Of a DNA stretch of 64,000 bases, positions 25,910-39,299 are shown piece by piece; position 1 is the first letter of the stretch; every line of letters starts with the position of its first letter. The DNA comes from Eledone cirrhosa. Taxonomy: Eukaryota. The DNA lies in contig OZ024763.1 of NCBI GenBank assembly GCA_964016885.1, positions 27,280,001 through 27,344,000 on the forward strand, in the 5' to 3' direction. Position numbers and translations under genes: made by a program. The notes under the pieces were generated by a model. That model saw only the letters and a list, made by a program, of their open reading frames with translations. It was not told the DNA's origin and searched no databases.

Positions 25910-28900
25910 AAAGAGGGGGCGGAGGGAGGAAGAGAAGGGAGAAGAGGAGTGTGATGAAATGGTGTGCTGAGACAACTCAGCTGGACCTACCTAGTTCTGG
26001 GTATTCCATTACTTCGACCTTCTTGATACAGTTCTCAGCCAAGATGGCGGCCGGCCCCCCGATTGAACCAAGGTAGAAGCCTCCATGTTGTTTACAGGAT
26101 CTTGTCACCTGACAGGAGTAGAAGGAAGAGGAGATGATAAAAGATACACACACACAGACACACACACCATCATCATCATCATCATTCGTCGACTACTGTC
26201 GAGATGATGGATCTCACTCTCATGCCCCAGAATCCCCTGTCCCCCATCGCCGCCCCCAGGTCCTGTCTGCTGATTCCCGTATCCCTAGAGATAACGTCAG
26301 GGAATGACAGCTTCCTACTCCTAGTCAGGCTGGAGTCAGGGTTCCAGAGGAAGAGAGCGGATATGATTTCATTGCTGGTACGGTGACACACACATACAGT
26401 CTAACATACACACATACAGTCTAACATACACACATACAGTCTAACATACACACACACACATACAGTCTAACAGATTAACACACAGACTAACACATACACA
26501 CAGAGTCTAACACACAGACACAGACACACACATAGAGTCTAACATACACACACACAGACTAACACACACACATACAGTCTAACAGATTAACACACAGACT
26601 AACACACATACAGTCTAACAGATTAACACACAGACTAACACATACACACAGAGTCTAACACAGACGCAGACACACACATAGTCTAACATACACACATACA
26701 GTCTAACAGATTAACACACAGACTAACACACACACAGTCTAACAGATTAACACACAGACTAACACATACACACAGAGTCTAACACAGACGCAGACACACA
26801 CATAGTCTAACATACACACATACAGTCTAACAGATTAACACACAGACTAACACACACACAGTCTAACAGATTAACACACAGACTAACACATACACACAGA
26901 GTCTAACACAGACGCAGACACACACATAGTCTAACATACACACATACAGTCTAACAGATTAACACACAGACTAACACACACACAGTCTAACAGATTAACA
27001 CACAGACTAACACATACACACAGAGTCTAACACAGACGCAGACACACACATAGTCTAACATACACACATACAGTCTAACAGATTAACACACAGACTAACA
27101 CACACACAGTCTAACAGATTAACACACAGACTAACACACACACACAGTCTAACGCATACACACAGACACACACATAGTCTAACACACACACACACAGTCT
27201 AACATACACACACACAGACTAATACCACACACAGTCTAACAGACTAACACACACACACAGTCTAACACATACACACAGACACACACATACAGTCTAACAC
27301 ACACACACACAGTCTAACATACACACACACAGACTAATACCACACACAGTCTAACAGACTAACACACACACACAGTCTAACACATACACACAGACAGACA
27401 CACACACAGTCTAACACACACACACATACAGTCTAACCCACACACACACACAGACTAACAGATTAACACACAGACTAACACACACACACAGTCTAACAGA
27501 TTAACACACAGACAGAGAAACTGACCTGTCTGCTTCTGTTTCCTTTAGCTAACATCACCATACTGCCCCCATGTGACTGTAACAGGTCCACATAGGAGTC
27601 CATACGTCCAGCAGTGGTTGGACCAAAGGACCCACTGGCGTAACCCTGACAATGTACAATACATAACAAACATATAAAATCCATAACAAATCATCATCAT
27701 TTTACGTCCGCTTTTCCCTGCTTGCAAGGGTGGGACGGGAACTGATTCTGGCTTGATTTCTACAGCCGGATGCCCTTCCTAACACCAACCTCATTTACAG
27801 TGAGTGCTGGGTGCTTTTTTTCCATGGCGCCTACACATCCACTTTACAGTGTGGGCTGGGTGCTTTTTTTTGCTGTGGCACCTCCACGACCACTTTGCAG
27901 TGGAATGATAGGGACCCCAGTCCTATCATCTCATTTCTACAGCTGAGTAAACTGGAGCAATGTGAAATAAAGTGAAATAAAGTGTCTTGCTCAAGGAAAC
28001 AACACATCACCTAGTCTGAGAATTGAACTTGCAACCTTTCGACTGCAAGGCCAATCCTCTAACCACTAAGCCATGCACCTCCATAACCACTAAGCCATGT
28101 GCCTCCATATATATATATATATAACTGTGTATAAGTGGGATAAGTTGTAGTGTGCAGGAGAGAAGACTGAGATGGTATGGAGGATTGCTGCTGGGTAAAG
28201 AAGTGCCAGGAAATGCCAGTAGAAGGAAGATGCAGTAGAAGGAAGACCACAAAAAACATGGGTGGAGGTGGTGAGAGCAGACTTCAGATCGCTGAAGCTC
28301 ACGGAGGAGATGACGAATGACCATGACAACTGGAGAGATGCTGTGCTGAATAGGACCCGTCCCACCCTTGCAAGCAGGGAAAAGCGAACGTAAAATGATG
28401 ATGATGATATATAATTAACAAGGCTATATAACACACTGAAGAATGTACAATACATAAACATATAAAATCCATAACAAATATATATATATATACTAGCTGA
28501 TTATAAAATACATAGCAAACATATAAAATCCATAATAAATCCATAACATAATTAACAAATCTATATAACACATGGTAATGATCCAGCATGGCCTAGGCCA
28601 GTTGGCTGGAACATGTAAAAGAGTAAAGATTAGTCGCAGCAAAATCACTCTCCAAGACACCTCAAGAAAAACAGAAAGAAAAGTGTGTCCTTACTTCAGG
28701 GGTTTTGGCAGGTCCTGCATAATAGACTGGATGATCTTTGATGTACTGTGGAAGGCCCTTTCCTTCGTCAATCCTCTCCTTCAGCTTGGCATGAGCAATA
28801 TCTCTGGCTACGATGAGTGTCCCACTGAGAGACAGTCGAGTCTTGATGGGGTAGGTATCTAAAACTGACAGCATCTCCTTCATCGGCTGGTTCATATCAA

Positions 28901-31900
28901 TCTGATTAAAATAACGAGCATTAATTAGCAGTAGTAAGGGCGGTGGATTGGCAGTATCGGTAGAGGGTCTGACGCCATGCTTTGCAGCAAAGAGTTATGG
29001 CTCTTTATGGTTTGAGTTCAAATCCCGCCGAGGTTAACTTTGCCTTTCATCCTTACGGGGTTGATAAAATAAAGTACCGGTAATATACTGAATTAATTGC
29101 TGGCCTTGAGCCAAAAGTAGAAACAATTAATTAGCAGTAGATAAATTGGTTATAATCGGTGGAACATCAGACATGCTTTGCAGCATAAAGTTACGTCCCT
29201 TTACGTTCTGAGTTCAAATCCACAGTATGAGTGCAGTTTAATGACTCTGGAACAAGTTCAAACAGAAACAGTAAGACAACACAACACAACACTCACCTGA
29301 ACTACATCTCCACCTAAATCCATATCCATGATCTCCGGCAGGTATTTATGTGGGTTGGTCTCCAGTTGTTCCATGAATATTCCTTCTTCATTGATCCGAG
29401 CATTAATCTGGGAAGAATTAAAACATGAATTAACCCTTTAACATTTACATTATTCTATATATACTATTGTATTGTCACAGTAAAGGCTTTACCTCACTCA
29501 TATCTCATATAACACTTACATTACTCTATATATACTATTGTATTTTCACAGTAAAGGCTTTACCTCACTCATATCTCATATAACACTTACATTACTCTAT
29601 AAATACTATTGTATTTTCACAGTAAAGAGTTTACCTCACTCATATCTCATATAACACTTACATTACTCTATATATACTATTGTATTTTCACAGTAAAGGC
29701 TTTACCTCACTCATATCTCATATAACACTTACATTACTCTATAAATACTATTGTATTTTCACAGTAAAGGTTTTACCTCACTCATATCTCATATAACACT
29801 TACATTACTCTATAAATACTATTGTATTTTCACAGTAAAGACTTTACCTCACTCATATCTCATATAACACTTACATTACTCTATAAATACTATTGTATTT
29901 TCACAGTAAAGACTTTACCTCACTTACATTACTCTATAAATACTATTGTATTTTCGCAGTAAAGGCTTTACCTCACTCATATCTCATATAACACTTACAT
30001 TACTCTATAAATACTATTGTATTTTCGCAGTAAAGGCTTTACCTCACTCATATCTCATATAACACTTACATTACTCTATATATACTATTGTATTTTCACA
30101 GTAAAAGCTTTACCTCACTCATATAACACTTACATTACTCTCTATATACTATTGTATTTTAGCAGTAAAGGCTTTACATCACATAATATCTCACATAACA
30201 TTTACATTACTCTATATTTACTATTTCTCATAATTATCTTTATTTCACATAATTATCTCACATAATATTGAATCTATAAGATTTTGATATTATTTATTAC
30301 TTATTAACATAAGTATGAGTTGCCGGTTACAGCTAGTTTGAACAGAAAGAGGTGAGAGAATTCAGTCCGGATTTGGCCTGTTTAAATGCTAAAGAGTTAA
30401 GTGAGGAAAGCAGTAAAACTATGGTATTTTAAAAGGGGTTTACCAGCAAGACATTTTTATGTTTATTATTTTTTGTCATAGGGTGGTGGATTGGCAGTAT
30501 CGATAGAGGGTCGGACGCCATGCTTTGATGCATAGAGTTACAGCCCTTTCCAATCTGAGTTCAAATCCCGCCGAGGTTAACTTTGCCTTTCATCCTTACG
30601 GGGTCGATAAAATAAAGTACCAGTAATGCACTGGGATAATTGCTGGCCTTGTGCCAAAAGTAGAAACAATTATTTTTTGTCAAATATCTGTCCAAACTTC
30701 TACTTCACCCACTTACTCCTGAGAGGGTCATGGGGGTAGAGTCCTCAAACTCTCCTTCTGGCAGGTCTCATCAGAAACAACCATCTCCAACTGATCCAGT
30801 TGGATCCCCAAGTGTGACCAGCCAAGTTCATGGATGTTATCCAATCATCTTGCTCAGAGTCTACTCCTGAGTCACCTGACAGTTGGTTTTGCTTGTAAAA
30901 TCTGTCCAGCAATTCTAACCTGAGACATTCTAACCCCATACCCATAGTATCGGAGCTGTGATCTCTCAATTAGGAGAAGTAGCAGTTCTACCTGGAGTGA
31001 CTCTCTGATCTCTGAACTCCAAATCTGTTCAGCGATTCTAACCCGAGACATTCTAACCCCATGCCCATAGTATCGGAGCTGTGATCTCTCAATTAGGAGA
31101 AGTAGCAGTTCTACCTGGAGTGACTCTCTGATCTCTGAACTCCAAATCTGTTCAGCGATTCTAACCTGAGACATTCTAACCACATGCCCATAGTATCGGA
31201 GCTGTGATCTCTCAATTCGGAGAAGTAGCAGCTCTACCTGGAGTGACTCTCTGATCTCTGAACTCCAAATCTGTTCAGCGATTCTAACCTGAGACATTCT
31301 AACCACATGCCCATAATATCGGAGCTGTGATCTCTCAATTAGGAGAAGTAGCAGTTCTACCTGGAGTGACTTTCTGATCTCTGAATTCCAAATTTGTTCA
31401 GCGATTCTAACCTGAGACATTCTAACCCCATGCCCATAATATCAGAGCTGTGATCTCTCAATTAGGAGAAGTAGAGGATCTACATAGAGTGACTCCCTGA
31501 TCTCAGAGTTAGCGCATTTTATTGAGTAACGTTACTCCAAAGACCTTTCAGAGGAATTCTATTTCGTCCGCTTGTATTCACAATCATATTCTTTCAGTCA
31601 TTAACCAAGATTCATGGCCATAGTTAAGAGTTGGCACAAATACCGAACTGAAGATAGCGAGTTTGGCTTTTACGCCTTCCTCCCTTCTTACCGAATGCTG
31701 AAGCTGACGCATTACTGCACCAGGTTTTGCAATACTTGCACTTAATTCAGCCTCCTGTCTTCCATCACTCGTGAACACGGCCACATAATACTTGAACCTC
31801 TCTAACTTATATCATTTCATCATCATTTCATTTTACGTCCGCTTTTCCCTGCTAGCAAGGGTGGGACGGGAACTGATTCTGGCTTGATTTCTACAGCTGG

Positions 31901-34900
31901 ATGCCCTTCCTAACACCAACCTCATTTACAGTGAGTGCTGGGTGCTTTTTTGCCGTGGCACCTCCACGACAACTTTGCAGTGGAATGATAGGGACCCCAG
32001 TCCCTATCATCTAATTTCTACAGCTGAGTAAACTGGAGCAATTTGAAATAAAGTGTCTTGCTCAAGGACACAACACATCACCCGGTCTGAGAATTGAACT
32101 CACAACCTTTCGATTGCAAGGCCAATGCTCTAACCACTAAGCCATGTGCCTCCATTACATATATATATATATAAGTAGAAGGGATATTTAATTTGTTGGA
32201 AATCTGACAAATATAAATATAAATGTTTATAACTGATTTAGAGGACTCGACAATTTCCTGGTGTAAATATATATAAGTATTGGTTCCTGGAGTAAATATA
32301 TATAAGTATAATATATATATATATATTAGTATTGGTTACTGGAGTAAATATATATAAGTATAATATATATATATATATATATATATTAGTATTGGTGTTC
32401 TGAAATAGTGATGTATGTGTGAATGTACGTATTGTATATTTGATAATATACTGTATGTTTATTTTAAAACATTTTGAAGACCATTCGCTATGAGTTTTAA
32501 AGTCTTCAAAATGTTTTAAAATAAACATACAGTATATTATCAAATATGCTATACATACATACATATATATATATATTGGACCGTCAAGTATGAAATTTGT
32601 AGAAAAAAAATTTTTTTACAAATTTAATTCTTGACGATCCAATATATATATATATATATATGTGTGGAGGCACATGGCTTAGTGGTTAGAGCATTGGTCT
32701 TGCAATCGAAAGGTTGTGAGTTCATTTCTCAGACCAGGTGATGTGTTGTTTCCTTGAGCAAGACACTTTATTTCACATTGCTCCAGTTTACTCACCTGTA
32801 GAAATGAGATGATAGGGACTGGGGTCCATATCATTCCACTGTAAAGTGGTCGTGGAGGTGCCACGGCAAAAAAGCACCCAGCACTCACTGTAAATGAGGT
32901 TGGTGTTAGGAAGGGCATCCAGCTGTAGAAATCAAGCCAGCATCAGTTCCCGTCCCACCCCTGCAAGCAGGGAAAAGCGGACGTAAAATGAATAAAATGA
33001 ATGTATGTACTGCACCAGCTTTTGCAATCCTTGCACTTAATTCAGCCTCTTGCTTTCCATCACTCATAAACACAACCCCAAGATACTTGAACTTCTATCC
33101 CTCCACCAAAAAAAACAAAAAAAACATGTTTTAATCTTCTTGACTCTTACCTGTCTGTCAGCAGAGCAAGAAACACCGATGCCTACAGGACAGGAGGCAC
33201 CATGGCGTGGCAGCCGAATGACTCGCACATCGTGACAGAAGTACTTGCCACCAAATTGTGCACCAATTCCCATCCGCTGTGTTAACTTGTGCAGTTCATT
33301 TTCCAGTTCAACATCACGGAATGCACGACCAAATTCATTACCTGAAGAAGATGTTAATGATAATAATAATTGTTTCTACTTTAGGCACAAGGCCAGCAAT
33401 TACTGGTACGTTAATAATAATAATAATAATAATAATGATAATAATAATGATAATAATAATAATTGTTTCTACTTTTGGCACAAGGCCAGCAATTACCCCA
33501 GTGTATTACTGGTACTTTATTTTCTCGACCCCATAAGGATGAAAGGCAAAGTTAACCTCGACGGGATTTTAACTCAGACCGTAAAGGGACGTATCTCTAT
33601 GGTGCAAAGCATGGCGTCCGACACTCTACCGATACTGCCAATAATAATAATGATAAGAATGGTTTCTACTTTAGGCAGAAGGCCAGCAATTTTTGGGGAA
33701 AAAGAAAGTCAGAGGGGATGGAGATGGTAGTAATGATGATGATGGTGGTGTGTTACAGGGATGATGATGGTGATGGTGATGATGATAGTGATGGTAGTAG
33801 TGGCGATGGTGGTGGTGATTGTGATGGTGGTCATGATGATAATAGTAGTGGTGATGATCATGATGATTGTTGGTCATGGTGTTGATGATGATTGTTGGTC
33901 ATGGTGATGAAGATTGCAATGGTGATGGTAGTAGTTGTGATTGTGATGATTGTGATGGTGATGATGAATGATTGCGATGGCTTACAAAACGAGCCTTGCG
34001 GAAACACTGACCTGATGTATGAAGGGTGTCTAAATAACGACATGACGCCAACTTCACCGTCTTCAGGTTGTACTCGGCAGAGGTGCCACCGATGACCACA
34101 GCCAAATGATATGGCGGACAGGCAGCTGTGCCAAGAGTCTTCGAGAGGAAGAAGAAGAAAAAAATATATATATTTAGAAATGAAACAATGTCAAATTTAG
34201 GAACAGGGCCAGCAATTTGGGTGGAGGGAAAAGTCATTAAAATCAACCCCAGTCCATTTTTTAAAAATGTTTGTCCCCAAGCTGTGAGGTTTGTTAACCC
34301 TTTAGCATTTAAACCAGCCAAAGAACCTTTGGAGGAACCCCATTTCGGCTGCTTATGTTCAAAAACAAAAAGATGAATATTTTCATTAGAAATAATGTCA
34401 GGAAAAAAAAAGGGTAAAATAAAAATTAAAACAAAATTTAAAAAAAGATAGGTAAATAAATGAATTTTACCTTAATTTTTTCATCAAAGAAAGACAGAAG
34501 TTTTTCTGGATTGAGAAGGGCTTTGGTTTGCTGGAATAAAAATGTCTTGTTTGCCGAACCACCTCCTTTTGCCAAGAAGAGGAAATCATAGTGGTTAGTG
34601 TTGGTGGAATATATTTCTATCTGGGCCGGTAGATTGGTACCTGTATTAACTTCTTTATACATATCTAATGGAGATACCTGAAAATATACACAGAGGAACA
34701 GAAATATAGACACTATCATCAGTCATCATTTTACATCCACTTTTCCCTGCTTGCAAGGGTGGGATGGGTTCTAGTCAGCACAGCATCTCTCCATTCATCA
34801 CGGTCCTTCTTCATCTCCTCCGTGAGCTTCAGCGATCTGAGGTCAGCTCTCACCACCTCCGCCCATGAATTTTGTGGTCTTCCTCTACCATGTCTTCCTT

Positions 34901-37900
34901 CTACTAGGATTTCTTGGTACTTCTTTACCCAGCGGTCATCCTCCATGCGCATCACATGTCCATACCATAGCAGTCTTCTCTCCCGCACACTACAACTTAT
35001 ACCTCTTATAGACAGTTTCTCTCTCAACTCGTCTATGCTTGGTCGTGCACACACATTGACATTGCGCATCCAACGGAGCATGCTTGCTTCATTTCTCTCC
35101 AGCCGTTGCATATCCTCCACAGTTGCTGCCCATGTCTCACTACCATGCAGCATCCCACACCTCACACAGGCATCATATAACCACCCTTTCGTATGTAGTG
35201 AGAAACCCTTCTTTGTCAACAAAGGAAGTAGCTCCCTATCAAATTGATCGACAAGATACCGCACCGCTTGCTTGCTTATTAAGGTGGAACTTGTCAAATC
35301 AAACCAAGGAAACAATGTTTCCATTGGTCTTTCCATTGCTGATGCTATCTACTGGTCACAACGCCTGATAGAAAGAAGAGCAATGTGAAATAAAATGTCT
35401 TGTTCAAGGACATAATGTATCACCTGGTCTGGGAATCAAACTCGCAACCTCATGATCATCATCATGATCATCGTCGTCGTCGACGACAACAACAACAACA
35501 ACATCACTTCGCGTGTTTGTGGAATGCTCAGCCACTTGCATGTTAATTTCACGAGCAGGCTGTTCCGTTGATGGGATCAACTGGAACACTCGTCATCGTA
35601 ACTGACGAATGACCTTCCATACGTACATACATACTCATATATATAGATATAAATTTATATCTAAAGACCTACCTGTGAATATCGTAGATTGTTGCGTGTG
35701 AAAGCATTGTAGATTCCCTGAGACAGGGCCACTTCATCAGGGTCACCTGTTGTCCACACATGTTGACCTTTCTTACCTAAATAAGGGAGAGGAGACACAA
35801 ACAGATACAGAATATAAACTGTAAAAGTAGATATATTTATAAGTATATTTAGTCATACAACATGGATACGGTCGGATTTAGACCTTGTGAGGCCTGGGAC
35901 ACTTCAGGTTTTGGTGGGAGCCCCTCATATACAAAAACTTAGAATACACAGCAAACCCACCCATATTATAGGCATGTAGTTAGAATGTCTCAGGAAAGAA
36001 TCTCTGGACAGATTTGTAGCTCGGAGATCAAAGAATCACTCCAAGTAGAGCCGCAACTTCTCCGAATCGAGAGATCACAGTTCCGACATTACAGGCATGT
36101 AGGAATGTCTCAGGAAAGAATTGCTGGACAGATTTTATGGGAAATACCAACTGGCAGGAGACTTAGGGGTAGACCCCGAGAAAAATAGTTGGATAACATT
36201 CATGAGCTTGGCTGGTTACACTTGGAGATCCAGCCAGATCAGATGGAGAGGTGGAAGGAGTGTTTGAGGACTCTGCCCCCACTCCTTGCTGGAAGGAGTG
36301 TTTGAGGACTCTGCCCCCACGACCCTCCCAAGTAAATGGGCAAAAAAGAAGAAGAAGAGGCATACCCACCCCCCAAATTTTACATATCAAAGGTAGCTTG
36401 GTGCAAGTAATTGTCATTGAAATGTTATACATACAGTTATTAAATTGAAAAATTCTAACCATCCTAAAACTAAAAAGCCCAGCTGAGGGCACAAATGGAT
36501 TGCTACAGCCATCGCTGGTGGGACCCCACCCACTGCTGGGAGCTTGAGGCAATTGCCCCCCCCCCCCCCCCCTTGCCTCTCCATTAAATCCAGCCCTGCA
36601 CAGTGTTTCAGCAAAGTATATTTTTGTGAAGTTTCGTCAGAGAATGAACTAAAAAATGGTTTCATTCCTTTTATTCGTTTCAGTCACTGGACTATGGTCA
36701 TGCTGGGGCACTATCTCCAAGGACCTATTTCGTTTTCATAGACATCTAGCTCACGCAAGCATGGGGAAATAGATGTTAAATGATGTTGAAGATGATGATG
36801 ATAGTCGATTATACTGGCTGCAGTAGTTTGAGAAATGTCAGGCAATTGGTTTATTTATTTTTGTATAAAGGGAGATAACACCGTTGGAGTTGGACCTGAA
36901 TACAGTAAAGTACTATTGTTTAAAGCACTCTTTATTCATGTACACACACACACATATATATATATATTACTATGTTGTTTGTTTACTGTCCCTCTTTTCC
37001 CATCCAATTCGCTCTGTCCCAATAACTTATTTTAGTTATTGCTCACACTGATTTTGAGGTATCTGGTCTTTAATGCGAAGAAATACCAATGATAGTCAGC
37101 AGATCACTGATGATGGACAGTCCTGTTTCTCGGTCTATTTTCATTCATATATATATATATATATATATATATAGGAACGAGTGGGGTCCTACTCGTTCCT
37201 ATTACCCACTCTACTACCCTAAGTATTGAGTACTTTGGTGCGTTATGGTCTACCTGGTTCCTTACCACATTTCCTTCGTTATCTAGCTCCTATTCCCGCA
37301 GTAGAGCACCTTCCGAGCCTACCACGCCGTATCTAGACTTTTCCGCTTAGCTCAAGTTCTTTCACCCACACCATACGAAAACACAACATCGACTTCTCTA
37401 CCAAGAACATCCCTGTCCCACCGAAAAAACTTTACCTTCGGATGCTCACGCAAAAAAATCGATCTATTTACGAAGGGGTCCTACTCGTTCCTATTACCCA
37501 CTCTACTACCCTAAGTATTGAGTACTTTGGTGCGTTATGGTCCACCTGGTTCCTTACCACATTTCCTTCGTTATATATATATATATATATATTTATATAT
37601 GTGATGGCTGCCTCCTCGTTATCGAGTATGGCATACATATACATACATATATATATATTTGATAACAGGTTATTGTTTTAGAGGTTAATAAAATGAGATT
37701 AGAAGAGAAGATAATAAATAAATAAAAAAAGTATAAAATTCTAAAATTGGATAGTAAAAAGTAATAAAAAAATCTCTAGAGTCTAAAACAACTGCTATAT
37801 TTAGTTAGTAGAGCGTTTTCGGCCAATGCTATATATAATTTACTGGGGTGGGGGTACTGAGGATACAAAAGCCTGATGGGCTGCCTCGGGATAGGCAAAA

Positions 37901-39258
37901 GGGAAACAAGGAAAAGTAAGAGGATAGGGAGTGGAAGGAAGTGATAGGAAGATATAAAGGGAAGAAGAAAAAAAGTACTTCTACCTATGTTAGCTGGGGT
38001 TTCCCCTATCTTGTTCGGCAAGTGGGGAAAAAGAGGATGTTGCAGCCATTGTCTACCCACCCGGGTCATGAGGGGGTTTGAGGGCGAGGTAAGTCCTACG
38101 CAATTGGTGTTTGCATGCAGTTATAAGTTCATCTTTTTGTTTAGGTGTTGATCCTACGTAAACAGCATTTGTAATGTTTCTTCCGAGCATAAGTTACACG
38201 GACGGTGTCCTTCCGTGTAGGAGTTAGCCCTGGACAGTAAACTCCAAGTAAGATTGTATTTTATGTTATTATCTTGGAGGTCCCAGATGTGGCCCGAAAG
38301 TGTAGTGGCATGTCGCCGGGCCGGGTTTCGGAACATATGCTGGTGTTGGTAGAGCCGGGTCTTAAAGTCACAAGCGGTTAATCCTATATAGGCTTTGTTG
38401 GAGGTTTCCGTCCTCACGTTGCATTGGTAAATTACGTTACGTTCTCAGCATCTGTTGTTGAGGGGGCACGTAGATCTATCAGGGCAGTTACACCTCTTGG
38501 TCGGCTCTCCACTAATGTCTAGGTTGTTTCTTCCATAGGGGTTGAGTTTCTTGTTGTTTGAGGAGGCGATGTTGGGTGTGGTGCTGTAGGAGAGTTTGAT
38601 GGTGTTTTTGTTGATTATGTTGTGGTAGCGGTGTTGTGGTGGGAAGTGTTTTTCGAGCTTGAAGAAGATTTTCCCGATAGGTGTTGCCACCTCGGCCTTG
38701 TGGGGAGGGTTGAACCACGTTATGTGGCATGAGCGGCGGCGTCGCCTGCTGGTTCCGCTAAGGGAAGCTGGATAAAAGGAGATTTCCTCCCGAAAGCCGC
38801 TTCGCTTGAGGGCCTGGTTGTAATGAGGCGCATGTTCATCGAATATCTCCTCATTAGCGGACAAACGAGATACGCGGAGGGAGATGTTTTTATATCATCA
38901 TCATCATCGTGTAACGTCTATCTTCCACGCTAGCATGGGTTTAGATGGGAATTGTCCCACTTGAGGCAAGATTGGTTGTCTTGCTTGTATATATATATAT
39001 ATATATATTTTTCATTTTCATTTTACGTCCGCTTTTTCCCTGCTTGCAAGGGTGGGACGGGAACTGATGCTGGCTTGATTTCTACAGCTGGATGCCCTTC
39101 CTAACACCAACCTCATTTACAGTGAGTGCTGGGTGCTTTTTTGCCGTGGCACCTCCACGACCACTTTGCAGTGGAATGATAGGGACCCCAGTCCCTATCA
39201 TCTCATTTCTACAGCTGAGTAAACTGGAGCAATGTGAAATAAAGTGTCTTGCATATAT

Positions 39259-39299
<41 letters not shown>

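Noticed and set aside
25409-26076. R/K/E-rich or S/F-rich ORFs
   Set aside because: Translations of a polypurine minisatellite in an intron
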